Positions 9,986 through 19,692 of a stretch of DNA of 64,000 nt are shown here, in pieces. The DNA lies in sequence record KX452698; one strand, written 5' to 3'. How positions within the stretch are numbered: position 1 is the stretch's first letter; every line of letters begins with the position of its first letter. Origin of the DNA: Shigella phage KNP5. Made by a program: the position numbers and the translations under genes. The notes under the pieces are model-generated. The model saw nothing but the letters and a program-made list of their open reading frames with translations. It made no database searches and was not told the origin of the DNA.

Positions 9986-10279
9986 TCAGCTGTAACGATA
10001 GCACTCGTTTGATTTACGCTTAGCAACTCGTTGAGAAGTATTATAATCAAAATCATCGTCAATGTAAACTGATTTTTTCAACTTTCTTACTTCACCACGT
10101 AATTGGCGATTTAGCTCATCTTTAACTTCTGAATCGATGCCTTTCATTCTACGCCATTTATCAGAGCGAAAAATGTTTTCGACCATATCTTTATGACTTA
10201 CACCATCAGGAGCTTTACGCTTTCCGAAATAGTCATAATCACGTACTTTCAAGTCTTTACGACGATACGTTTTACCCAT
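9986..10279 (-). CDS. Hypothetical basic protein (97 aa)
   Basis: ATG 10277-10279 after AAGGAA RBS; Lys/Arg-rich. Confidence 0.45.
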   Translation of the reverse strand: MGKTYRRKDLKVRDYDYFGKRKAPDGVSHKDMVENIFRSDKWRRMKGIDSEVKDELNRQLRGEVRKLKKSVYIDDDFDYNTSQRVAKRKSNECYRYS

Positions 10280-10454
10280 GGAGTTTAATTTCCTTAGCAA
10301 CTGAACTAAATACAGCACGGTCACAAATCATCTGTTTATGTAACTTGAGTATAAGATAATAAACTTCAAAACCGTTTACATAAGTAACACGAACAACATT
10401 ACCATTAATAAAATAATATTGTCCCTTTTTAATTTCTTTATCAACCACAACCAT
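10272..10454 (-). CDS. Hypothetical protein (60 aa), first gene after early promoter
   Basis: Minus-strand ORF with GAGGA RBS just 3' of early promoter motif. Confidence 0.45.
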   Translation of the reverse strand: MVVVDKEIKKGQYYFINGNVVRVTYVNGFEVYYLILKLHKQMICDRAVFSSVAKEIKLHG

Positions 10455-10477
10455 ATCAAATCCTCAAAGGCAATTCA

Positions 10478-10520
10478 TGTGTTAATAATACCACAGTTTG
10501 AACTTCTTGTAAACAACTTT
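10478..10520 (-). promoter_or_regulatory. T4-type early (sigma70) promoter
   Basis: Minus-strand GTTTAC -35 (plus-strand gtaaac 10509-10514), 18-nt spacer, TATTAT -10. Confidence 0.5.
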
Positions 10521-10586
10521 GTGAAAATTATTTTAGGGAATGATAAGAAGGGAACGATAGCTTAGAATGGTAATATACAGAATGTG

Positions 10587-10606
10587 AGAAAGAAAGGCCC
10601 AGAGGG
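10587..10606 (-). terminator. Intrinsic terminator 3' of nrdH
   Basis: GGCCC-loop-GGGCC stem followed by T-rich tract on minus strand. Confidence 0.4.
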
Positions 10607-10612
10607 CCCGTC

Positions 10613-10936
10613 TTAGTCTTCTATGATATCTCTATCATATCCAAGTGAAATGAGAGTTTCTTTGAAGTGTTTAATGTTCTTTTGTCTAGAATCATTAATG
10701 AAAATGACTGGATAACGAATGTTAAGAGATGTAAATCCAGCGCGTTTAGCAAGAGATACAATCAGTGGACGATCATACTCGATCTTACCATTATTTGTAA
10801 GAACTTTATAGAAAGTAAAAGGAGCATTGAGCTCCTTTAGAAGTTTTGTAACTGATTGACATCCAGGACAACGACCAACTTCATCTGGAATTCCATAGAC
10901 TTCAATCTTATTCTTTAAGTTCGAGTTTTGTTCCAC
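10613..10936 (-). CDS. nrdH: NrdH-like glutaredoxin (about 107 aa; probable GTG start)
   Basis: KIEVYG...CPGCQ redoxin motif; no in-frame ATG near motif, GTG at 10934-10936 after AGGAA RBS; overlaps upstream ORF. Confidence 0.55.
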   Translation of the reverse strand: MEQNSNLKNKIEVYGIPDEVGRCPGCQSVTKLLKELNAPFTFYKVLTNNGKIEYDRPLIVSLAKRAGFTSLNIRYPVIFINDSRQKNIKHFKETLISLGYDRDIIED

Positions 10937-11219
10937 GAGAAATAATTCCTTGATAAGCCCAATATGGCGGGTTAACAGAATCATCGCCAGAATTTTCTTC
11001 AGGAAAATAAACCTGGATAACAAATCCAGATTCATCAAAGGTAAAATAAACCGTAGGTAATTCACCTAACAATTCAGCACGATTATTAATTTCTTCGAGT
11101 TCTCGTTCACGTCCGGCCCAAAAACTAGGATTTAGACTACATTCATAGAAATAATAGTCATTACCGAACATATCAAAACCATTCCAACTCTCTACCACAT
11201 ACCGCTCAAAACTAATCAT
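10908..11219 (-). CDS. Hypothetical protein (103 aa)
   Basis: Minus-strand ORF. Confidence 0.5.
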   Translation of the reverse strand: MISFERYVVESWNGFDMFGNDYYFYECSLNPSFWAGRERELEEINNRAELLGELPTVYFTFDESGFVIQVYFPEENSGDDSVNPPYWAYQGIISRGTKLELKE

Positions 11220-11221
11220 AA

Positions 11222-11437
11222 TTAAGCCTTTTTATCAAGAACAGCATTCAGTTTGTTAGTAATTTTATCCAGACGCTCATTGAACTCGCTAGAAGACAGT
11301 CCTTTTTCTGGAGAAATCAAACTAATCACGAAAAATATAGCAATAAAAGGAATAAGGAAAATAGCTCCAACTGCCATAAACAGAAAGAATGTTACGGTTG
11401 TAAGAAAATCAGCTAAACCTTTACGAAATTTATACAT
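11222..11437 (-). CDS. Small membrane protein (71 aa)
   Basis: Central hydrophobic helix FLTTVTFFLFMAVGAIFLIPFIAIFFVISLI. Confidence 0.5.
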   Translation of the reverse strand: MYKFRKGLADFLTTVTFFLFMAVGAIFLIPFIAIFFVISLISPEKGLSSSEFNERLDKITNKLNAVLDKKA

Positions 11438-11552
11438 ATTTTACCCTTAATTGATTAACCAAGCATTGATAAGCACTAAACTATATTGTGAATAAAATTC
11501 TGGACCAAAATGAAAAATCATATCATTTATAGTGTCCATGATATAATTCAAT

Positions 11553-12023
11553 TTAATCATGTTTCCACACCCCATCAGTATTTGACCAAAGTCGCTGATT
11601 ATCTGATCCTCGCCACAGCTTTTTGGTCGGAAGATTTTTCTCATACTTCCCATCAATAATAACATCAACATATTTAAGCATTTCTAGTTGTTTAATATCT
11701 TCAAACTTATATCCTGTCCACAACCAAATGCTTTTATTTGGATAAAGATTTTTTACTGTTTGAACAATGCAATGAACAGCATCTCGGTTATCAGGATAGA
11801 GAGGGTCTCCTCCAGTTATAGTTAATCCTTCTATATAATCATTATTCAAACATTCAATTAATTGTTCTAGTGTTTCACCAGTGAATGGAACGCCATTTCT
11901 AGCATTCCATGTTGATTTATTATAACACCCTTCGCATTTATGCAAACACCCCGTAACGAAAAGAACGACCCTGCATCCAGGGCCATTCACAAAATCGCAA
12001 GGATAAAATCTATCATAATTCAT
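11553..12023 (-). CDS. nrdG: Anaerobic ribonucleotide reductase activating protein NrdG (radical SAM, 156 aa)
   Basis: Radical-SAM cluster motif CLHKCEGCYN; immediately 3' of nrdD with ATGA overlap. Confidence 0.9.
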   Translation of the reverse strand: MNYDRFYPCDFVNGPGCRVVLFVTGCLHKCEGCYNKSTWNARNGVPFTGETLEQLIECLNNDYIEGLTITGGDPLYPDNRDAVHCIVQTVKNLYPNKSIWLWTGYKFEDIKQLEMLKYVDVIIDGKYEKNLPTKKLWRGSDNQRLWSNTDGVWKHD

Positions 12024-13837
12024 TGGTGTTTAACCCTATGCATGATTTCTTTATTTTTGCCGAGATTAAATCCGCGTTCATTCGGATTTCCCAAATAACC
12101 ACAAGTTCTTCTTATTGTGTTCATCTTTTTAGGATCAGTTTCTCCACAAATAGAACAAACAAATCCGTTTTCAGTAGGAGTCATTTCATGTGTACTTCCG
12201 CATGTAAAACACTTATCTACTGGCATATTAACGCCAAAATAATCTAAATGCTGTGCAGCATAATCCCATACAGCCTCAAGACCTTTTAGGTTATTTTTCA
12301 TATCAGGAAGTTCAACATAAGAAATGTGACCACCTGTCGCAATGAAATGATATGGTGCTTCACGAGAAATCTTTTCAAATGGAGTGATATTTTCTTCTAC
12401 TGAAACATGGAAACTATTAGTGTACCAGCCTTTATCAGTAACATCCTTTACACTTCCATATTTTTCAGTATCAAGTTTACAGAAGCGATAGCACAGGTTT
12501 TCAGCGGGAGTGGAATACAAGCTAAAAGCAAAACCAGTTCTTTCAGTCCACTGCTTAAGACGAGCATTCATTCTAGTTAAAATTTCCTGTCCAATATCAC
12601 GACCGATAAGAATATTCAATTCGTGAATACCAATGTATCCTAGGGACACTGAACTTCTACCGTTTTTAAATAACTCAATTATGTCGTCATCAGGTTTAAG
12701 ACGAACCCCGAATGCACCTTCTTGGTAAAGAATAGGAGCAACAGTCGCTTTAACTCCTTTTAAGGAACTAATTCTACACATCAAAGCTTCAAAACACAAA
12801 TCCATTCGTTCATTGAACAATTCGGCAAATTTCTGTTCATTGAATTGTGTTCCAATTTAAGAATCTAACGCAATGCGAGGAAGATTCAGTGTTACAACAC
12901 CAAGATTATTACGTCCATCAAGAATTTCATTACCAGTCGAATCTTTCCATACGCTTAAGAAACTGCGGCAACCCATTGGAGAAACAGGAATAGATGAACC
13001 GGTGATAGCTTTATTATTCTTAACTGAAATAATATCAGGATACATTCTTTTGCTTGCACACTCTAGAGCAAGCTGCTTAATATCATAGTTCGGATCGTCT
13101 TTATAAAGATTAACACCTTCTTCAACGAACATAACAAGCTTAGGGAAAATAGGAGTTATCCCATCGCGACCAAGGCCTTTAATACGATTTTTCAGAATTG
13201 CTTTCTGAATCATTCGTTCAGTCCAGTCAGTTCCCGTACCAAATGTAATTGTTACAAAAGGCGTTTGTCCGTTTGAACTAAAGAGAGTATTTACTTCATA
13301 TTCATAAGCTTGGAATGCATCGTATACGTCTTTTTCTGTTTTAGATTGGGCATAATTCAACGCATCAGCGATTTGCCATTTTTCTGCATCCTCAATATGT
13401 TTTGCATAGGTGCGTTTAACATAAGGAGAAAGTACTTTATCTACATTAGCAAAAGTCGTTCCGCCGTACTGATGTGAAGCAACCTGTGCGGTAATTTGTG
13501 CCATAATTGCAGTAGCAACACCGATTGATTTAGGAGTTTCAATCTGTGCATTACCGAGCTTAAATCCGTTCTCAAGCATTCCTTTTAAATCTACTAAACA
13601 GCAATTAGTAAATGGAAGAGCAGGGGAATAATCAATATCATGGAAATGAATAATTCCGCTTTCATGCGCTTTCATAATAAAAGACGGGACCATATTTTTG
13701 GCAATGTGTTTAGACACAATACCAGCCATAAGGTCCCGTTGAGTTGGAAAAACACGAGAATCTTTATTAGCATTCTCGTTCAAAAGGTCTTTATTAGTTT
13801 TATGAATCAATCCTTCAATTTCTTTTTCAATTGTCAT
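12020..13837 (-). CDS. nrdD: Anaerobic (class III) ribonucleotide reductase NrdD, 605 codons, intron-less, with an in-frame TAA at 12857-12859
   Basis: Two ORFs in one frame separated by one ochre codon; C-terminal glycyl-radical motif RRTCGYLG and Cys cluster; total length equals T4 NrdD. Confidence 0.85.
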
Positions 13838-14307
13838 TTTAAACTCTTTCTAAGCTGCTTCTTAAATGAAGCTATTAATTGTGTTTTAGTGTCAGATTCA
13901 TTATATTCAAATCCTCTTTGAAGCATCTCAGCCATCATTTCCTCTTTTCCTAAACGAGAAAATTCCTTTGATTTATCTCCAACGAAGTTAGGGTGAATAT
14001 TATTTTGGGTGTAATCGGATTTTAAATAAGTAAGTAAATTTTCCAACCATTCAAGATAATCAACACCTTGTCCCTTTAAGCCAGAACGATTAAATTTGTG
14101 CTTCATTTGACCTTCCGCAGCGTTGCAGAGATTACAGAGCAATCCACGCACCTTTCCTGCTTTTGGTCCATTTAATTCATGGTCATGGTCGAGGTGATTA
14201 GCTTGAACATCAGGATTTAGTTCTCGTTGGCAAATTAAGCATTTACCGTTTTGCGCATTATAAAATTTTTGTTTTTCTTCTTTGTATAATTTGCCAGTCA
14301 ATAACAT
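13834..14307 (-). CDS. 49: Endonuclease VII, Holliday junction resolvase gp49 (157 aa)
   Basis: MLLTGKLYKEEKQKF...CLICQRELNPD...HLDHDHELNG zinc/HNH-like motif; same length as T4 gp49. Confidence 0.95.
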   Translation of the reverse strand: MLLTGKLYKEEKQKFYNAQNGKCLICQRELNPDVQANHLDHDHELNGPKAGKVRGLLCNLCNAAEGQMKHKFNRSGLKGQGVDYLEWLENLLTYLKSDYTQNNIHPNFVGDKSKEFSRLGKEEMMAEMLQRGFEYNESDTKTQLIASFKKQLRKSLK

Positions 14308-14350
14308 AATAAAAACCCTTACCTTGAATAGATAAGGGTATTTATTATTT

Positions 14351-14527
14351 TCAAGTATTGTAAAACATTCGATGCAATCGCTTATATTGCCGAATCATCT
14401 TTTTAGTAGGTCGAACATAAGTTCCTACACAAGTGGTCATATTAGAGTCGGTAGGACTTCCTTTAATAAAAAGTTTCCAAACCTTACCACCATTTAACTT
14501 TTCAGTATAAATTAATTCGGTTTTCAT
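14351..14527 (-). CDS. Hypothetical small protein (58 aa; below ORF-track cutoff)
   Basis: ATG 14525-14527 overlaps upstream stop as TAATG; MKTELIYTEKLNGGKVWKLF... Confidence 0.35.
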   Translation of the reverse strand: MKTELIYTEKLNGGKVWKLFIKGSPTDSNMTTCVGTYVRPTKKMIRQYKRLHRMFYNT

Positions 14528-14991
14528 TAAAACGCTCGGTCAGAAAAAGAATTTTGAGTTTCAAGCCATTCAATATATTCTGCCGCAGCTTGCATTAAAT
14601 TTCCTTCATAACCATCGTTATTTTCTTGTGCAGCTAATTTAGCTAATGCGTATGAAATACGTTCACCTTGAAAAGCGGCTTCAGGCTTCCGAATAACTTG
14701 ACTAGTTCGTTCTACAACTTCTTCAATTTCGCCATTTTCTACTGATTCAGTATTCCACAAGCACCAATACGTAATTGGCTTATCGTAAATGTTAATAATC
14801 TTTCCATCAGAAAGTTCAATTTCAATAATTCCAGTATCAGGTTCTATATCATCTTCGCATTCTTTTGTAAGTTCACGAACTTTAAAGACAGTACCTGCAC
14901 TAAGTTCCGGCCAGTAATTACACAACCCTTTATCAGCACGATTAATTCTAAACCACTTATCTACTGTAATCATGTCCCATCTCCATATCAA
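14527..14991 (-). CDS. Hypothetical acidic protein (154 aa) at the position of T4 pin
   Basis: Minus-strand ORF; identity with pin not established. Confidence 0.5.
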   Translation of the reverse strand: MIWRWDMITVDKWFRINRADKGLCNYWPELSAGTVFKVRELTKECEDDIEPDTGIIEIELSDGKIINIYDKPITYWCLWNTESVENGEIEEVVERTSQVIRKPEAAFQGERISYALAKLAAQENNDGYEGNLMQAAAEYIEWLETQNSFSDRAF

Positions 14992-15096
14992 TTATGTCAT
15001 TTATCGTTAGTTCATTATATACTGTTTCTTCATCAGTGTAAACCGGTTCTTCCGGCTCTGGCTCTACAGTTTCCCATCTAGCCGCCCACCAAGGTT

Positions 15097-15417
15097 TTAT
15101 AGCGTAATCCATTCTCGTACTGTCTGAGTTACTACGCGTTCACGAGGCTCGACTAGTTCAACAGTCGGAACTGCATAATACCAGTCAGAATGGTAAGAAC
15201 CTGAGCGAGTTTCATTTACGGAAACATGTACATTGTGTTTTGGACTAAAATAAACACACTGACGATATTGGCATTTACCATCTTGCACCCAGTCTTCTAT
15301 TTCGATAGGTTTAAGATAATCTGAAAAATCGAAATCATAATTTTCTGAAAATGCATCATGGTCTTCGATGATTTCGCTCAGAACTGCATCAACATCTAAT
15401 TTATTTTCAATATTCAT
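15097..15417 (-). CDS. Hypothetical protein (106 aa)
   Basis: Minus-strand ORF. Confidence 0.5.
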   Translation of the reverse strand: MNIENKLDVDAVLSEIIEDHDAFSENYDFDFSDYLKPIEIEDWVQDGKCQYRQCVYFSPKHNVHVSVNETRSGSYHSDWYYAVPTVELVEPRERVVTQTVREWITL

Positions 15418-15427
15418 TTTTCACCAA

Positions 15428-15637
15428 TTAATTTCGCAATTTATTAAGTTCTTCATAATCAATCCAGGATTCTAATCCTGATGGCAAATCAGATTCAATT
15501 TCCCAAAGAAGCTCTTCAATTTTCTGAAGACGATCTAATTCTTCAGCTGGAATAGTAACCATCGACGGAGTTCTTGATACACTAATATCGTAAATCATAT
15601 TTACCCCAATTTGACCATACAATCGCCATATTTCCAT
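15428..15637 (-). CDS. Hypothetical protein (69 aa; start may be internal ATG at 15598)
   Basis: Minus-strand ORF overlapping neighbour. Confidence 0.4.
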   Translation of the reverse strand: MEIWRLYGQIGVNMIYDISVSRTPSMVTIPAEELDRLQKIEELLWEIESDLPSGLESWIDYEELNKLRN

Positions 15638-15816
15638 TTAGAAATAGACTTTTCACCATTAGAATAATAAACTTCGAGTTTAGCACGGTTATTTTTAATT
15701 TGAATAACCTTGGCTGTCATCAAAGTTCCATATCCATAATAAACTGCAACCTCATCACCTACATATACCGCGCTTCCGCGATAGTCATGGATATAATCAG
15801 TTCCTTCGAGCATCAT
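15601..15816 (-). CDS. Hypothetical protein (71 aa)
   Basis: Minus-strand ORF 3' of nrdC with ATGA overlap. Confidence 0.5.
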   Translation of the reverse strand: MMLEGTDYIHDYRGSAVYVGDEVAVYYGYGTLMTAKVIQIKNNRAKLEVYYSNGEKSISKWKYGDCMVKLG

Positions 15817-16076
15817 TTAAAGTATTCCCGCAATTGGTCAAATCCGCCAATATGACTTCCATCAGGAGCAAATACCTGAGGCATCGTCAAACCAATTTGA
15901 GTATCACGACCTAGTTTCGTCAGAAGCTCAGCGATTTTCTCATCATCAAAAACACCTTTTTCCGGCATAATATTGATAAATTCAAACGGCTGTTTCTTAA
16001 CAGTCAAAAGACGTTTTGCATTATCGCAATACACACATTTGTGGATGTTGCTATCATAACCATATACTTTAAACAT
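15813..16076 (-). CDS. nrdC: Phage thioredoxin/glutaredoxin NrdC (87 aa)
   Basis: MFKVYGYDSNIHKCVYCDNAKRLL... with CVYC active site; same length as T4 NrdC. Confidence 0.9.
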   Translation of the reverse strand: MFKVYGYDSNIHKCVYCDNAKRLLTVKKQPFEFINIMPEKGVFDDEKIAELLTKLGRDTQIGLTMPQVFAPDGSHIGGFDQLREYFK

Positions 16077-16077
16077 A

Positions 16078-16320
16078 TTATTCCTTAATTCCTAGTACTT
16101 GTTTAAAAGTCTCGTCGTAATCAAGACTTTGGCCCGTTTGTTCTTTATGTTTGTATATAATATCACTTACTTCTGATAGCATATTTTTATATGAACGAGT
16201 TAAAGCAGATTTAAGCACGCTGTATCTATCAGGAAATTTACCATGTTCATTATAATACGCTATTGCTAATTCACGGACTGCCTTTTCAGCAGTCTTCATA
16301 TATTCTTTACGCTTGGCCAT
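16078..16320 (-). CDS. Hypothetical protein (80 aa)
   Basis: Minus-strand ORF. Confidence 0.5.
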   Translation of the reverse strand: MAKRKEYMKTAEKAVRELAIAYYNEHGKFPDRYSVLKSALTRSYKNMLSEVSDIIYKHKEQTGQSLDYDETFKQVLGIKE

Positions 16321-16624
16321 TTTCTTCTCGGTTAAATCGGTGTTTGCAATGACGGCATTTATAACGAAGAATACTAGTCTGCCAATGAATTAATTGAACC
16401 TGTTCAGTACCGCATTCAGGGCAATTAGGAACGTTTTTAGAAGCCCTTTCGCGACGTTCAACCATAGCCATAATAGCATCCCAGGCTGGAGGTTTAAAAT
16501 CTAAATCATCACAACCATGAATCTTTCCACGCATTTCCAGATCGTCTTCTTCACCAGCCATAATAATTTTAATTAGACTTGAATTACTTGAAGCTGCAAT
16601 GTCTTCTAATAGACGCTTTTTCAT
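16307..16624 (-). CDS. Zinc-ribbon protein (105 aa)
   Basis: CPECG...(x17)...CRHCKH four-Cys ribbon near C-terminus. Confidence 0.5.
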   Translation of the reverse strand: MKKRLLEDIAASSNSSLIKIIMAGEEDDLEMRGKIHGCDDLDFKPPAWDAIMAMVERRERASKNVPNCPECGTEQVQLIHWQTSILRYKCRHCKHRFNREENGQA

Positions 16625-17550
16625 TTCAATACCTCAATGGCATTACGTAAACCATTTGCTTTTGCATTAAGAGCTTTTAACAATTTGGTGTGTTCGGCAA
16701 TCTGGGCTTCAACTTCAATCAAGCGAGCATTGAGATATTCACGTTCTTCGCTCAAGTTATCAGCCTTTTCTACTTTAGGTTCTTTTACGTTTGGCTTATA
16801 TGTATTAGGGTTCTTCAGTTTAATTAGAATACGTGAACTGTATAACATTGAACCATTATCTTCGGTTTCGTCATACATTTCTACTACGTCCATGATTTTT
16901 AACATCATGCGGAGTTTATAAGACAACGAACGAATAGTTTTGTTGTGCTTATTAATTTCTCTAGAGTTCATGGTGCCGAGATTACGTGAGTAATAATAAG
17001 GAACCTGGATATTAATTAACACTGATGAACCACCTGGCTTGTGTGTTACTTCATCAGCAATAACCCAATCCTTAACATGAACTGTATTTGTACGGTCATC
17101 GCCTGCGGTAAATAGTTTGCGAGCATGCTTAAAAAGCATATTCACTTGGGCATTGAATTGACAAGCAAATTTATCAGCAAATTTAGTTTCAGGAATGGTA
17201 GATAACCAATCAGCCAAATGGGTCTTTTTAACATCGTTAACAATAGTAAATTCAACCAAATCGGTTATAGATGTCGTAGATTTAATGAAGCTCGGCTTCA
17301 TAAAGTTTTTAATGTTATCGCGAGCTACAGTAGAAGATAACATACGAGAACGTTTAAACCATTCAAGCAAATTGCCTAACGAATGAGAATAAGCGTTTTG
17401 AGTATCTTTACAGATATGATTTTCCTGGCCAACATATTGAAGGAAATCACGAAGAATATTATTGATTACTGCTCTGTGTCCGATCTGATAATTACGGTGT
17501 TTAGTAATAAGACTGTCAAAATAATCAATATAATGTTTACGAGTTTTCAT
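16621..17550 (-). CDS. Hypothetical protein with C-terminal coiled coil (309 aa), family member 1
   Basis: Globular N-terminal region then about 50-aa heptad-rich tail starting PKVEKADNLSEE... Confidence 0.55.
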   Translation of the reverse strand: MKTRKHYIDYFDSLITKHRNYQIGHRAVINNILRDFLQYVGQENHICKDTQNAYSHSLGNLLEWFKRSRMLSSTVARDNIKNFMKPSFIKSTTSITDLVEFTIVNDVKKTHLADWLSTIPETKFADKFACQFNAQVNMLFKHARKLFTAGDDRTNTVHVKDWVIADEVTHKPGGSSVLINIQVPYYYSRNLGTMNSREINKHNKTIRSLSYKLRMMLKIMDVVEMYDETEDNGSMLYSSRILIKLKNPNTYKPNVKEPKVEKADNLSEEREYLNARLIEVEAQIAEHTKLLKALNAKANGLRNAIEVLK

Positions 17551-17602
17551 GTTCTTCTCACTTGGTTAATGATTTATACTCCGAGCCATCCTTGGCTTTA
17601 AA

Positions 17603-18604
17603 TTACTTAATTAACTGTAAAGCTTGTTCAAGACGATCCAGGCGATTAACAGATTCTTCCCAAATCCTTTTAGCCTGCTCATATTCTTTCTGTGCTTTAT
17701 TAGAAATTTCTAGAACTTCTTTATAAGCTTTTTCTAATGCAATAACTTCTGGACGAATTTCTACCGGTTCAGGTGAATCATCAAGATTATCCATTAGTTC
17801 CTCAAGGGTAGTTTCTTCTTTAGGAGTATTCACAATTTCTTCACATTTTTGTTGGTAAATTTCTTTATCAGTCGGTGAGTACGCACATTTCACTTCACGA
17901 AGGCTAATTATAATTTTATATCCTTCCCAACCACACATATTTTTGAAAGGATATGTATGAATACTTTTTACAGTTTCCATACAGCCCAAAGCCGCCTCTA
18001 ATTGATAAGTTATAGTGCTAGCAATTGAGAAAAATTTATTAATATTCTTTTGGTTAGCGTTTGGTGTAAAAAATCCATAATTCACAAAAATAGCTACTTT
18101 ATTTTTATCAAGCTCATTTTCTTTTACGATAATCATATCAGAAGCCAAAGGATGAATTTGACGATAATCGCCATAACATAATTTAGAAGCTGATTTTAGA
18201 ATTTGTCCTTTGAAAAGTCTGAAATTACTAATCCAACGACGAGTAAAAATATTCTCAGGATCTTCTTTATTATTAAGATGATAAGAATTAACATCACCGA
18301 ACCAATTATATCCTACTACATCTTTAGTTCGTTTAATTTCTTTCCCAAATTTACTAAGAATATCTCTGTTGACTAAGTATGAAAGAAGACGAGAACCTTT
18401 AAAGGTTTCCTTAATGTCATCTTTATATGTACGACTAGAAATTTCACAAACTTCATAAATAAATTTGTCGGAAGAAACAATACTTGCACTAGTATTATTG
18501 ATCCATTGATTGATAATAGAAATCACACTATTCTGACTAGACATAGGTTTAACTTTATCATCAATAACGCTATTGAACGATTTGATATATTCGTTACGAG
18601 TCAT
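17603..18604 (-). CDS. Hypothetical protein with C-terminal coiled coil (333 aa), family member 2
   Basis: ATG 18602-18604 after GGAG RBS; tail EPVEIRPEVIALEKAYKEVLE... Confidence 0.55.
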   Translation of the reverse strand: MTRNEYIKSFNSVIDDKVKPMSSQNSVISIINQWINNTSASIVSSDKFIYEVCEISSRTYKDDIKETFKGSRLLSYLVNRDILSKFGKEIKRTKDVVGYNWFGDVNSYHLNNKEDPENIFTRRWISNFRLFKGQILKSASKLCYGDYRQIHPLASDMIIVKENELDKNKVAIFVNYGFFTPNANQKNINKFFSIASTITYQLEAALGCMETVKSIHTYPFKNMCGWEGYKIIISLREVKCAYSPTDKEIYQQKCEEIVNTPKEETTLEELMDNLDDSPEPVEIRPEVIALEKAYKEVLEISNKAQKEYEQAKRIWEESVNRLDRLEQALQLIK

Positions 18605-18661
18605 ATTAATCTCCTCAGTAGAAAGTAAGAACATTATACCACATCCTTGTGGCAAAGTAAA

Positions 18662-19684
18662 CTAGTTTAGTGCATTTAGTGCATTGTTCAGTTTAGAACG
18701 TTGCTTTGTCAGATTTTGAACCCTTGACTGAGCTTGTTCTAACACCTTTTCAGCTTCTAGCACTTCATTGGTCGCTTTAACGAGTTCATCATCTACTGCC
18801 TTAAGAGACTTCTCAATCGCATCGGCGTGCCATTTTTCTACAGGTTTAAAATTTGAATTTTCAGTAGGAAGAAAACTCACTTTATTAAGTTTACATGCAT
18901 CTATATTGCTTGAGCTATACATCCAAAATTTAGGATCGTTTGATGAGTAATTGGATAAATTTAAGATATCTTGCACTTCCTGCTTTTTCTCTTGCGGGAC
19001 TTCGTCCTTTCTCAAAAAATCGTATTTAAATGAAACGAACATATCAAGTTCATACGTTGTTGTGTCTAATTTAAATCGCTCAAAACGAGGTAAAATCTTA
19101 GACTGAACAGCGGCAACAACATCCATATACTTAAATGCTTCTGTCAATTGCGATTTAAGGCATTCGCAAATTGAAAGAGAATTTTTTGTGTTAGGTTTAA
19201 AGCTAATTCGCGCAGTTCTGTTATTTTCTTTTAATGGTCTTACTTCCATCTGAAGAGTATAACCATCAAATTTCAGGTTCTTTAAGTTAATGTCAGAACC
19301 TTTTAATCGACTAGCCGTCGACAAAATTTGCTTTAATTGTTTACGGAACAGAGCAATAAATCTCCATTCAATACGATAATGATTTGGATTGAAAAATCCA
19401 GATGATAAATCGACCTTACTTTGACCAACGCCTTGAACAAATAGAGGATTTTTATAATCAATAGTTTTACAGAAATTGGTGAGTTGCTCACGAGCCGTCA
19501 TTTGTGTAATATACCCCGCTTTACTAAAATTACTCACCCATTCACTGCTATTTAGATATTTAAAGTGATGAATAGCACGATTAACTTTATCAGGGTCTAA
19601 ATTATTTTCGCACAAAAATGTCATAACATTACGAGTATCGCTGGCAGTACGAACCATATCTTCAATTTGAGAACGAGTTTTCAT
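18662..19684 (-). CDS. Hypothetical protein with C-terminal coiled coil (340 aa), family member 3
   Basis: AAGGAA RBS; tail KPVEKWHADAIEKSLKAVDDEL...NALNALN. Confidence 0.55.
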   Translation of the reverse strand: MKTRSQIEDMVRTASDTRNVMTFLCENNLDPDKVNRAIHHFKYLNSSEWVSNFSKAGYITQMTAREQLTNFCKTIDYKNPLFVQGVGQSKVDLSSGFFNPNHYRIEWRFIALFRKQLKQILSTASRLKGSDINLKNLKFDGYTLQMEVRPLKENNRTARISFKPNTKNSLSICECLKSQLTEAFKYMDVVAAVQSKILPRFERFKLDTTTYELDMFVSFKYDFLRKDEVPQEKKQEVQDILNLSNYSSNDPKFWMYSSSNIDACKLNKVSFLPTENSNFKPVEKWHADAIEKSLKAVDDELVKATNEVLEAEKVLEQAQSRVQNLTKQRSKLNNALNALN

Positions 19685-19692
19685 GGTATTCC

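Noticed and set aside
12821-12856. Possible intron or intein separating the two nrdD ORFs
   Set aside because: The spacer is only 36 nt, fully open and in the same frame as both halves; one TAA is the sole interruption, so this is a nonsense codon, not a T4-style group I intron.
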